This document shows positions 27,971 to 36,512 of a stretch of DNA of 36,512 nt, piece by piece. Each line of letters begins with the position of its first letter. The stretch's first letter is position 1. Under the pieces are notes generated by a model that did no database searches, had not been told where the DNA came from, and worked only from the letters and a program-made list of their open reading frames with translations. The translations under genes and the position numbers were made by a program. The DNA comes from Candidatus Woesearchaeota archaeon (lineage in GTDB: Archaea; Nanobdellota; Nanobdellia; Pacearchaeales; GW2011-AR1), in assembly GCA_964551115.1 (NCBI GenBank), contig CAZKBE010000004.1, forward strand, positions 1 through 36,512, read 5' to 3'.

Positions 27971-28043
27971 TTTTTATTTTCTAATTACTTTCTTTAAAAT
28001 TTAAAATGGGAATATTTATAAAGCATAATCTACTTTATACACT

Positions 28044-28196
28044 ATGCCTACAAAAGATACTAAATCTATTGAGTCTACAACAATCAGAATAAAGAAAGAT
28101 ACTAAATTAGTCCTTGAAAATTTAGATTTTGTTAGAAAGCATACCTTCGAGGAGATTCTGGAAGAGTTAATTAAATTCTATGAGTTGAAAAAATGA
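28044..28196 (+). CDS. 50-aa ribbon-helix-helix-like DNA-binding protein (not in ORF track)
   Basis: MPTKDTKSIESTTIRIKKDTKLVLENLDFVRKHTFEEILEELIKFYELKK; TTIRI strand plus two helices; TATA at 28015. Confidence 0.75.
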   Translation: MPTKDTKSIESTTIRIKKDTKLVLENLDFVRKHTFEEILEELIKFYELKK

Positions 28197-31100
28197 GAAA
28201 TTTTAAAATAGATAGTTCTATAAAAAAGAGTATTGAAAAAGGTGACGAAGATTTAATGGGCCGAAGTGTTTTTATTTTCTGCATTATTTTATTGGTGAGT
28301 GTTACGCTAATTAGTCTTGGAAGTGCCCAAGTAACCTATATCTCTTCGGTGGGTGCTGCTACAAATACCGTTGTTCTTCCAGCGCATCAGGCAGGAGATC
28401 TTTTAATCGCCTTTGCCTTTAGAGATGGTTCTACTACAGCTCCAAACTTATCTTCTGGTTGGACTAGTCGTAATACTCGAACAACTACTAGCACCTCTGC
28501 AATCCTGGCCACCCTTTACGCGATGAATAGCTCCACCCCTAATCCCGTGTTTGGTGGAGCTACAGAGGTTATTGTTATGGTTTATAGAAATACTTTTTAC
28601 GTTAGTTCAAGTAATAATGCGGCTGTTTCTTCTATGCTTAATTTTTCTTCTGGTTCTTTTCAAAATTTGTTAAACCCTTGGATAGTTTATTTTGCAGGCC
28701 ATCGTTCTGCTTCTAACGTGGAACAAGCACCGCAAGGTTCTGTAAACAGAATATCCATAGGTACTGAAATTGCAGGTCATGACACTAATGGATCTGTCCT
28801 AGAATGGGTCTCTAAAAATGTTTCTGTTAGTACTTCTTCAGGGTGGGTAACCTTCAGCGTACATGTTACTTCTTCTAATTATTCTGGAAATGGCTCCGGA
28901 ACATTAAATAATCCTTATGAAATTACAAACTGTTTTCAATTACAAGAAATGAGTCAGTTTCTTTCTTCTCATTTTATTTTAAAAAATGACATTAATTGTA
29001 CTAACACTTCTACTTGGAGCAATGGCTCGGGGTTTTCTTCTATTGGCGTGTTTTCAGGTTCTTTAAATGGATCTGATAAAACAATATTGAATTTGAGGAC
29101 AGGTTCTGGTTTATTTAGTCAGACAAGCTATGCCAATATAACTAGATTGGAATTGCTAAACTCTACGGCACTGGATGGATCTATATTAGTTCACTATGCC
29201 TCTGGCGGATATATTACGCGAGTTCATACTTCTGGAGTCGCTTTAGGTTCTGGAGGAAATGCTAAGGGCGGTATTGTTGGGTGGGGGGACGATTATGTAG
29301 TTATTTCCGATTGCAGTTCGAGTGTTTCTATTCCACAGGGATACGCTGTGGGTGGAATAATTGGTAATTCTCAACGTGCAAAAGTTTACAACTGTTTTGC
29401 TACGGGAAACATTACGGGGGATTTTGCTGGAGGCGTTGTTGGTTTTACAGCTTTTCTTTCTGAGTTGTACAGGTCTTTTTCTATTGGAAATGCGGTAGGC
29501 AGGGATTATCAAGGTAGTGTAATTGGACGAGCATATTTTAACACGGGTCACTTACCTACTTGGGGTAGTATTTATTATAGTGGTTCTCCTGGTGATCCCT
29601 ATGCGACGTTTACAAATGAATCTTCATTTAATTTTCGTTCACACCCTGTTTTTTCGCTCTGGAATAGTTCTTATTGGTCTTGGCCGGAAGGTCAACTTCC
29701 AACTTTAAGAAGATATGTTATTTTATTGAAATCTCCTTCTGAAGGGAGTAAATTCTTTATTCCCCACGATGTCGACCAAATCAATATTTCATTAAATTTT
29801 TCTTTAGATGGGTGGGGTAAAAATTTGCTAAGTAATATTTGGTTTTCAGATGGCGTTTCTAATTATACCTATAGTTCTCCTATGAATTATTCTGCAGGCC
29901 CAGGTATCCATAATATTAGGGTTTATGCAAATATGAGTAACAATGATTTAACCTATCAAGATTTTTCTTTTTCCGTAGAAAGGGTGCCTTTTTTCAACAT
30001 GGTTCGTGTTTCTCCTACTAGGGAAAATATATTTGCTTATCCTAATCGATCGTCAGTCTTTTCTGCAAATGTATCTTGTCTAGATTCATCCTGTTATAAC
30101 CTAAATGTTAGTTTAGATTCTAGAATGTCTATAGATTGTTTTGACTTTAAACTTGTAGATTATTCTTCCGAAACGTCTGCTTCTAGTTCTTATTGGATGG
30201 GGTATCGATTTCAAGTTAACTTGCCGATTAATTTAACTCATCTGATTGGGGGCGGTTCTGCTACAAATTATTTGGGAGGAATTTATCGGGCTAATGGAAA
30301 TATGCCTTTGGAATTGCTTGGTAATGTTACCTTTCCTTCGGCCATTAGAAGACAAGAACGAGCTCTTACCACTCCCATCTTATTAGTTCCGGGGCAAGAT
30401 TATATCTTGGCTCAGGGAAGGGAGAGTTCTTCTGGAGGAAGTTGGAGACTTAATACTATTTCTGTTCCAACTCTTCAATCAGATACTCCTGCCATTATCA
30501 ATTGGCAGCCTTCAAATGGTAACTCCTTGGGGTGGTATGTGTATGGTGGCAATACCCAAATTCTCAATCTAACTCCTTCTTCCACTAGTTATTCTAATCG
30601 CCCAGATATGGGGTTTAAATCTGTACCCGCTTCAGAGATAAATTTTATTGGTGGTACAAATAAGACCTATAATCTGAATCTTACTTCTGGGGAGAATTTA
30701 ATCCTTAATTGGTCTTTAAATTTATCCGAAGGGATTTATAATTTGGACTTGAATGCAGTATACTCAGATTCCATCGTTGTTGGAAAAGTCTCTTATCCGT
30801 TTTTATTAGAGGTTAGTTCAGATCCACTCAGAATCCATTCTTCAAATCTGAGCCAGAATAGTTTTAGTGACATGAACTTAAATCTTAATTTTTCTTGTAT
30901 TTCTCAAGGAGCTTTAGACTCTAATCTAAATCTGTCTATTTTTATTTGGAAAGATGGGCAAGTCTATTACTCAAATAATTCATTCTATGGGGATTCCGAA
31001 GCTAATTTTTCAACTTATTTAACTTTCAGCGAAGATGGATTTTATGATTATAATTGTTTTGTAAATGATACGATATACAATATTCAAAAATGGTCTGATG

Positions 31101-34100
31101 TAACAAATAAATCTTTCATGATTGATACAGCAAATCCAAGAATAAATTATTCATTTGGAACTCCAGAAGATAATGTAGATCTTTTCTCTCAGAATTGGAT
31201 TTTTGTAAATACTAGTTTAATTGAATCTAATCTTGCAAATATAACTTTTAGTTTATATCGCGGTGCAACACTTGTTAATTCAACTAAGTATTATTCGAAT
31301 CTGTCTACTTCTATAAACTGGACAAATTTAGCAGACCATATAAATTATAGTTATTTTGTAAATGTAACCGATTTAGCTGGTAATAAAAATTCAACAGCTC
31401 TAAGACGCCTTACATTAGACTTTATTGGTCCTAATGCAACAATCGTTATTCCACAAAATAGAATTATTATTGTAAATACTACACAAAATTTCACTGCAAG
31501 AATAAATGATACTGCAACCGGAATTAGTAATGTTACTTTAAATATTTATAATCAAACAGATTTATACAATCAAACATTCTTAGCAAATTATTCTTCCCCT
31601 GGAACTTTAAATGTTACAGTTAGCACTATTGTTAATTTGTTTGGAGGGTTATATACTTGGTTTTATAGGATGTTTGACTTTGCTGGACATGAAACTGTTT
31701 CACAGAATTATACTCTAAGTTCTGGGTCTAATTTGTATTTCTGCGGAAATATTACGCAATCTGGAATTTATGTTTTACAGAATGACATTACAAATTATGC
31801 TGGACCTTGTTTTACAATTAGTGCTAATAATGTCATCCTAGATGGAAACGGTTTTATAATCGATGGCGATGATTCTGGAACAGATTCGGGTGTTTATGCA
31901 AGCGGGAGAACAAATTTAACTATTCAGAATTTTAGAAATATTACAGATTTTACTTACGGGATTTACTTTAGTTCGGTAAGTAATTCTCTAATTAATAATC
32001 TGATTGCAACCTCTAACCCTTCACGTGGAATTTGGTTGGAATCCAGTTCAAATAATAATTTAACTAGCTTAACTACTAACTCGCAATCAATGGGAATTTA
32101 TCTATGGTCCAGTTCAAATAATATCTTAACAAACATAAATGCAGATTCTAATAATAATGTAGGAATTCAGCTACAAGGTAGTTCAAATAATCTCTTAACA
32201 AACATAACTTCGAACTTAAATCAAGCGGGTATTCAGTCTTTTGCAAGTTCAAATAATATTTTTTCCGATTTAAATTTAAAATCTAATTCGCAATATGGGT
32301 TTCAGCTACAAGAAAGTTCAAATAATACATTAACAAATTTGACTACAAATTCTTCTTTATATGGGATCTATTCCTATGATTCGCAGTATAATAATGTCTC
32401 TAACGCAATAATAACCGGCGGTCAATATTCGGTTTATTCTGATTGCTCTGGGCCAGTTTGTTCTTCTAATAATTCCTTTTCTAATTCCAACTTTAGTGGT
32501 GCATCCGTTCAAGATGTTTATATTCGGAAGGGAAGTAGTATTACGGGATGTAATAATAATCCTGGATTAAGTTCCTTTTTAGATTTGGGATCAAATCTTT
32601 GTGGCAGCTGGCCGTTTTATGGAACTTGGAATTATTGGAATAATTATTGTGAATCTCCTACGGGTGCACAATATTGTTCAGATTTTAATTCTTCAACAGC
32701 CTGTAGTTATGCCGATAATAACAATGGTGGATATTATTGTTCTTGGAGTAATTGCTATGGGGAAGCTATTTCTAATTCATATAGTTGTAATTATATAACA
32801 AATGAGACAGATTGTGGAAGTGTTTCAAACTCTTGTACTTGGAATCCAGACTATTGTTATAATTCTTTTAGTTATTGTTCGGATTTAACAAGTGAAACTA
32901 CTTGCGGTCTTGCTTCTGGATGTAGTTGGACAGGCTCTGTTTGCTCAGCATCTCTTTCTAGTATGAACACTTGTTCTAGTTTTTCAGATAGTAATTCTTG
33001 TGGGCAAACAAATGGTGTTTGTAGTTGGGTTTATGATGAAACATGTACTAACTCTTTTAGTTCTTGTTCTGACTTGGGCTTAAATGCGTGTGGGTTAACT
33101 TCTGGTTGTACTTGGAACGGAGATAACTCTGTTTGTGAAGGTACTGCGGATAGCACGGATTGCGCTCAATTTAGCAATCAAGTAGATGGAGGTAATATAT
33201 GTACTACCGAAACAAATAGCTTATGTTATTACACTGCACCCTATTGTAATTTAACCAGCGGGTCTTTAAATTACTGTTCTGATTTAGTTGGCTACGATGC
33301 ATGTGGGCTTGATTCTGCATGTACTTGGAATTGGGGTACATCTGTTTGTACTTCTTACCCCTCTAATAGCGATTGCAGTCAGTTTAGCGGGCAAAATGAT
33401 AACGGTTTTTCATGTGGCGAAACAAGCGGTATGTGTTCTTGGAGCAGTCCTTATTGCGCAGATAATTATGGAATTCCTTTTTGTTCTTCTGCAACTAGCG
33501 AGGGATCATGTTCATCAATCGGATGTACTTGGAATGCAGATGCTTTCTGCGGTTATCAATACGGCGGATATAGCTCCTATGGCGCGCCTTATGCCTATTT
33601 AGGTTATTCATATAATAATAATGAAGCTTGTGCAAATATCTATGAAGAAAGCGTTTGTAATCAAGATACTTTTGGAAAATGTTTCTGGGGATATAGTTCT
33701 TCCCTAAATACCTATCTGTGTATGCCTAATGGTACTACTTTTTCCGGATCTTGTTCAGATGTTTCTCAGCAATATTGTAATTCTGAAACTTCCTCTGCTT
33801 GTAGATGGATTACTACTGCAATTGTTTCTAGTGGAAATAATTTCTTTGATGTATTTTATGATAAGAATAAGGAAGTTGTTGAAGCAGGAAGCTCCTTAAC
33901 TAGACAGTGGAGTTGTAGTTTTAATACAACAGATCAAGGAGGAATTGCAGTTTCTAATGCTACGGTTGCTGTTTATAATTCCACTAATGGAAATTCTTTG
34001 GGGAATTTAACTTCTAATTATTTAGGTTTAGCTTCCTCGATTATCTTAACCGAATATACAAATATTGGCGGAGTAAGAATTAGCGGTGCTGGCGGAGCTT

Positions 34101-36512
34101 ATAATATCTTTGGTTCTAGATTAGGACTTGCATCAAATAATACAGTCCTCAGCTTGGATATTCTTTTTGCACCATTAATATTTCATTTAACCCTTAGAGA
34201 TCTTACTCCTCCTTACTTCTTTAATACTTTCACTACTCCGGATAATTTAGATGATCTAGATCCAGATTTAAACGTTTCAATATACTCTTCTCCAATAGAT
34301 GATTGGGTTAATATTAGCACAGTTATATTGCAATATTATAACGGATCTGATTGGCAAAATAGTACCATGATTCAATCTGGACAAAGCTATAACGCAAATA
34401 TAACTTTAATTCCTACAGAGTATAATTATACTTATAGAGTCTGGGCAAATGATACTTATGGAAATGCAAACGTTTCTCAGAGTTATTCCCTTCCATCTTT
34501 TTGGGATTGTACTTGGACTACAACTCCTTTATTCTTAGGAGCATTTATTGGTTTTGATAAAAGTGCCTCAATTGATCCAATAACTTTAGTTAATACAGGA
34601 GATCCACAATTCGCAGATAATAATTGTACTTTAAACTTTAAGTTAAATTACAACTTTGCATATCCTAGAGTTAGTTTTGATAATCTTCCTAAGAAACCTT
34701 CAAATACTTATAGAATTCCTGCAAAAACAAATAGAACTATTTCAATTAATGTAACTTATTTATCCGACTTAATTGAGGAAAATCTGGTAATTACTGCTGA
34801 AGAAACAAGTCAGATTTCCGAATCTATTTATAAAAATTCTACAGCAACTATAATAACTTCAGCTGGCGGACCTTATTTATATCAGCAATTAGTTACTATG
34901 CCTTCTACCCTTTATTTAACTCCTGGAGAATTCTCTTTAAATGCATATCTTAAGAATCTTGCTGGAGACGATAGTATAAATAACACTGCGCACAATGTTT
35001 ATTTTAATTGGTCCTTACCTGATGATTTCCTAGTTTCTGCTGGCAATTTGTTTAATTATTATGATAATATTTCGGATAGCGAGTTACTAGATCAATCGTT
35101 AAATATTTCTTTTGTAGAGAGTAATTTAAATAATCTTGAGCAGAAAACTTATACGGTTTCTATCTCCTCTTTTGGGTATTCCAATATTAGTGGCGAACTT
35201 GCCCCTATACAACATTATGGGAATAGGACTTTACTTACTAATTCCGTAAATCTAACTTTCCTATGTTATCCTCTTTCTGATGGAGTATTAGTTCCATCTT
35301 GTGGTTCTCTTGATGGTGACTATGTTGAATCAAATACGACAATTACAATTGTTGTGGGGGGTGAGGGAGGGTCTAGTGGTGGCGGAGGCGGCGGAGGCCG
35401 TGGATCGGGCAAACAAGAAGTATCTGAGGCACAATTTGAACTTGTAAGCGGAGATATCTCAGAATTTAAATTACCTATTAAGAATAAATATCCGGAAGCA
35501 TTAGTGGACGTAAGAGTAACTGTATCTGGAATAAATTCAGAATTCATTACGATAACTCCTACACTAATTCCAAGAATAGCAGGAAACTCAGAAGACTTTG
35601 TTACAGTTAAAATAACTGCTCCTGCTTATTTTAGAGAAGGAAATTATTCTTTGAAATTTAAGATAGAAGGATTTGTTGAGTCTAACTTAACTAGATCTCC
35701 TTACATAGAGTCCAAACTAGTTACACTATATATTTTAGATATTTCAAGAGAGAACGCTACGGCTCTTGTTAGCCAAGCTGAATTAATGCTACAAGAGATG
35801 AAAGAAAAAGGATTATTCACAAAAGATTTAGAAGTTATGCTTTCAAACATAAATAACTTATTTAATTCAACTAGCTTTTCAAAATTAGTTGTTCAATTCA
35901 ATGAACTAAAGTTAAATTATGATTCAGCAATTGAGTCACTAGATCTACTTGAACAACTAAGACAAGATATTGCAGAAGCAGAAGCTAACGGAATCAATGT
36001 TTTTGAGTCTAAGAAATTAATGCTTTTAGCAGAACAAGCAATGAAGCGAGGAGCTTTTGTTCAGGCTCTTGAGAGGCTAAAAGAATCTAGGTTAACATAC
36101 GCCATTGAAACTAAAGGCGAATTTAGTTTGTATCATTATGTAAAGAATAATCCCTTGCAAACTCTCGCAATACTAGTTGGAGCTTCTCTTTTAGGTTATG
36201 GTGGGGCTATTGCTACTAGATATCAAATACTAAAAAGAAGATTAAAATTACTTAAGCAAGAACAAGTATTATTACTTGGATTAATGAAAATTGTTCAAAG
36301 AGAATGCTTTGAACTTGCACACATGTCTATGGAAGAATATTCCTCTGCGATGTTCCAGTATGAAGAGAGGTTACAGCAATCTGTTGAAATTGAAGTTAAA
36401 ACACAAACTCAATTGGCACATCTAGGAAAGTTTAACAGTAAAAAGAATGCCTTACTTCAAGAGAAAGATAGGCTATTTGATTTAATTAAGAGTATGCAAA
36501 CCAAATATTTAA
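28193..36512 (+). CDS. Giant multidomain cell-surface protein (>2770 aa, 3'-truncated): GLUG-like, DUF4082-like, Ig-like, NosD/pectin-lyase beta-helix, Cys-rich repeats, TM, coiled-coil tail
   Basis: ATG 28193 (alternative ATG 28256 behind GGTGA); segments translated by hand are open in this frame, including the window end (..LIKSMQTKYL), and the ORF track lists no stop-terminated ORF in it; signal peptide; TM near 36150-36220. Confidence 0.88.
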   Translation, partial: MRNFKIDSSIKKSIEKGDEDLMGRSVFIFCIILLVSVTLISLGSAQVTYISSVGAATNTVVLPAHQAGDLLIAFAFRDGSTTAPNLSSGWTSRNTRTTTSTSAILATLYAMNSSTPNPVFGGATEVIVMVYRNTFYVSSSNNAAVSSMLNFSSGSFQNLLNPWIVYFAGHRSASNVEQAPQGSVNRISIGTEIAGHDTNGSVLEWVSKNVSVSTSSGWVTFSVHVTSSNYSGNGSGTLNNPYEITNCFQLQEMSQFLSSHFILKNDINCTNTSTWSNGSGFSSIGVFSGSLNGSDKTILNLRTGSGLFSQTSYANITRLELLNSTALDGSILVHYASGGYITRVHTSGVALGSGGNAKGGIVGWGDDYVVISDCSSSVSIPQGYAVGGIIGNSQRAKVYNCFATGNITGDFAGGVVGFTAFLSELYRSFSIGNAVGRDYQGSVIGRAYFNTGHLPTWGSIYYSGSPGDPYATFTNESSFNFRSHPVFSLWNSSYWSWPEGQLPTLRRYVILLKSPSEGSKFFIPHDVDQINISLNFSLDGWGKNLLSNIWFSDGVSNYTYSSPMNYSAGPGIHNIRVYANMSNNDLTYQDFSFSVERVPFFNMVRVSPTRENIFAYPNRSSVFSANVSCLDSSCYNLNVSLDSRMSIDCFDFKLVDYSSETSASSSYWMGYRFQVNLPINLTHLIGGGSATNYLGGIYRANGNMPLELLGNVTFPSAIRRQERALTTPILLVPGQDYILAQGRESSSGGSWRLNTISVPTLQSDTPAIINWQPSNGNSLGWYVYGGNTQILNLTPSSTSYSNRPDMGFKSVPASEINFIGGTNKTYNLNLTSGENLILNWSLNLSEGIYNLDLNAVYSDSIVVGKVSYPFLLEVSSDPLRIHSSNLSQNSFSDMNLNLNFSCISQGALDSNLNLSIFIWKDGQVYYSNNSFYGDSEANFSTYLTFSEDGFYDYNCFVNDTIYNIQKWSDVTNKSFMIDTANPRINYSFGTPEDNVDLFSQNWIFVNTSLIESNLANITFSLYRGATLVNSTKYYSNLSTSINWTNLADHINYSYFVNVTDLAGNKNSTALRRLTLDFIGPNATIVIPQNRIIIVNTTQNFTARINDTATGISNVTLNIYNQTDLYNQTFLANYSSPGTLNVTVSTIVNLFGGLYTWFYRMFDFAGHETVSQNYTLSSGSNLYFCGNITQSGIYVLQNDITNYAGPCFTISANNVILDGNGFIIDGDDSGTDSGVYASGRTNLTIQNFRNITDFTYGIYFSSVSNSLINNLIATSNPSRGIWLESSSNNNLTSLTTNSQSMGIYLWSSSNNILTNINADSNNNVGIQLQGSSNNLLTNITSNLNQAGIQSFASSNNIFSDLNLKSNSQYGFQLQESSNNTLTNLTTNSSLYGIYSYDSQYNNVSNAIITGGQYSVYSDCSGPVCSSNNSFSNSNFSGASVQDVYIRKGSSITGCNNNPGLSSFLDLGSNLCGSWPFYGTWNYWNNYCESPTGAQYCSDFNSSTACSYADNNNGGYYCSWSNCYGEAISNSYSCNYITNETDCGSVSNSCTWNPDYCYNSFSYCSDLTSETTCGLASGCSWTGSVCSASLSSMNTCSSFSDSNSCGQTNGVCSWVYDETCTNSFSSCSDLGLNACGLTSGCTWNGDNSVCEGTADSTDCAQFSNQVDGGNICTTETNSLCYYTAPYCNLTSGSLNYCSDLVGYDACGLDSACTWNWGTSVCTSYPSNSDCSQFSGQNDNGFSCGETSGMCSWSSPYCADNYGIPFCSSATSEGSCSSIGCTWNADAFCGYQYGGYSSYGAPYAYLGYSYNNNEACANIYEESVCNQDTFGKCFWGYSSSLNTYLCMPNGTTFSGSCSDVSQQYCNSETSSACRWITTAIVSSGNNFFDVFYDKNKEVVEAGSSLTRQWSCSFNTTDQGGIAVSNATVAVYNSTNGNSLGNLTSNYLGLASSIILTEYTNIGGVRISGAGGAYNIFGSRLGLASNNTVLSLDILFAPLIFHLTLRDLTPPYFFNTFTTPDNLDDLDPDLNVSIYSSPIDDWVNISTVILQYYNGSDWQNSTMIQSGQSYNANITLIPTEYNYTYRVWANDTYGNANVSQSYSLPSFWDCTWTTTPLFLGAFIGFDKSASIDPITLVNTGDPQFADNNCTLNFKLNYNFAYPRVSFDNLPKKPSNTYRIPAKTNRTISINVTYLSDLIEENLVITAEETSQISESIYKNSTATIITSAGGPYLYQQLVTMPSTLYLTPGEFSLNAYLKNLAGDDSINNTAHNVYFNWSLPDDFLVSAGNLFNYYDNISDSELLDQSLNISFVESNLNNLEQKTYTVSISSFGYSNISGELAPIQHYGNRTLLTNSVNLTFLCYPLSDGVLVPSCGSLDGDYVESNTTITIVVGGEGGSSGGGGGGGRGSGKQEVSEAQFELVSGDISEFKLPIKNKYPEALVDVRVTVSGINSEFITITPTLIPRIAGNSEDFVTVKITAPAYFREGNYSLKFKIEGFVESNLTRSPYIESKLVTLYILDISRENATALVSQAELMLQEMKEKGLFTKDLEVMLSNINNLFNSTSFSKLVVQFNELKLNYDSAIESLDLLEQLRQDIAEAEANGINVFESKKLMLLAEQAMKRGAFVQALERLKESRLTYAIETKGEFSLYHYVKNNPLQTLAILVGASLLGYGGAIATRYQILKRRLKLLKQEQVLLLGLMKIVQRECFELAHMSMEEYSSAMFQYEERLQQSVEIEVKTQTQLAHLGKFNSKKNALLQEKDRLFDLIKSMQTKYL
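32045..32326 (+). repeat. Five copies of AGTTCAAATAAT at alternating 66/69-nt spacing (beta-helix SSNN rungs)
   Basis: Copies start at 32045, 32111, 32180, 32246, 32315, all in frame with the giant ORF. Confidence 0.85.

Noticed and set aside
32045-32326. CRISPR-like repeat/spacer periodicity of about 66 nt
   Set aside because: Repeat is only 12 nt, in frame, encodes SSNN rungs; spacers resemble each other; no cas genes
29243-35547. Short ORFs 29243-29551, 29523-29708, 32601-32798, 33288-33602, 35320-35547
   Set aside because: Shadow frames of the giant ORF; the poly-Pro in the last is the antisense of its poly-Gly linker
36510-36512. Terminal TAA as the stop of the giant ORF
   Set aside because: Out of frame; the frame reads TAT-TTA-A at the window end
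19964-36512. Diversity-generating retroelement acting on pilins or the giant protein
   Set aside because: No reverse transcriptase and no near-identical TR/VR pair differing at adenines seen by eye; a self-alignment would be needed to exclude it fully
28193-36512. Alternative genetic code to explain the apparently ORF-free 8 kb
   Set aside because: Explained by one unterminated standard-code ORF; TGA, TAA and TAG all act as stops in conserved genes here

Overview
AT-rich archaeal chromosomal segment, most consistent with a DPANN archaeon (Pacearchaeota/Woesearchaeota-like): fused PriS-PriL primase, rpl16/rpl35ae/rps17e, PCNA, FEN1, Hjc, alpha4-type EndA and three intron-less tRNAs (Gly-GCC, Val-TAC and a CAT tRNA with a non-canonical T-loop). 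Interleaved accessory content: (i) a co-oriented array of nine class III (type IV pilin-like) signal-peptide genes at 19964-25753, including two micro-pilins missed by the ORF track and one glycine-zipper member; (ii) a giant surface-protein ORF (>2770 codons, 28193 to the window end, absent from the ORF track because it has no stop here), coupled to an unannotated ribbon-helix-helix gene; (iii) a minus-strand cluster with a diadenylate cyclase, a DHH phosphoesterase, a GlcD/GlcF-like pair and a membrane receptor with a degenerate class III cyclase domain; (iv) a nucleotidyltransferase-HEPN fusion; (v) a PolB that looks like bacterial DNA polymerase II. Most unit-leading genes have a TATA box starting 29 nt before the start codon, consistent with leaderless mRNAs. 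No CRISPR array, transposase, integrase or reverse transcriptase was seen. All family calls are motif recognition by eye, not database searches.
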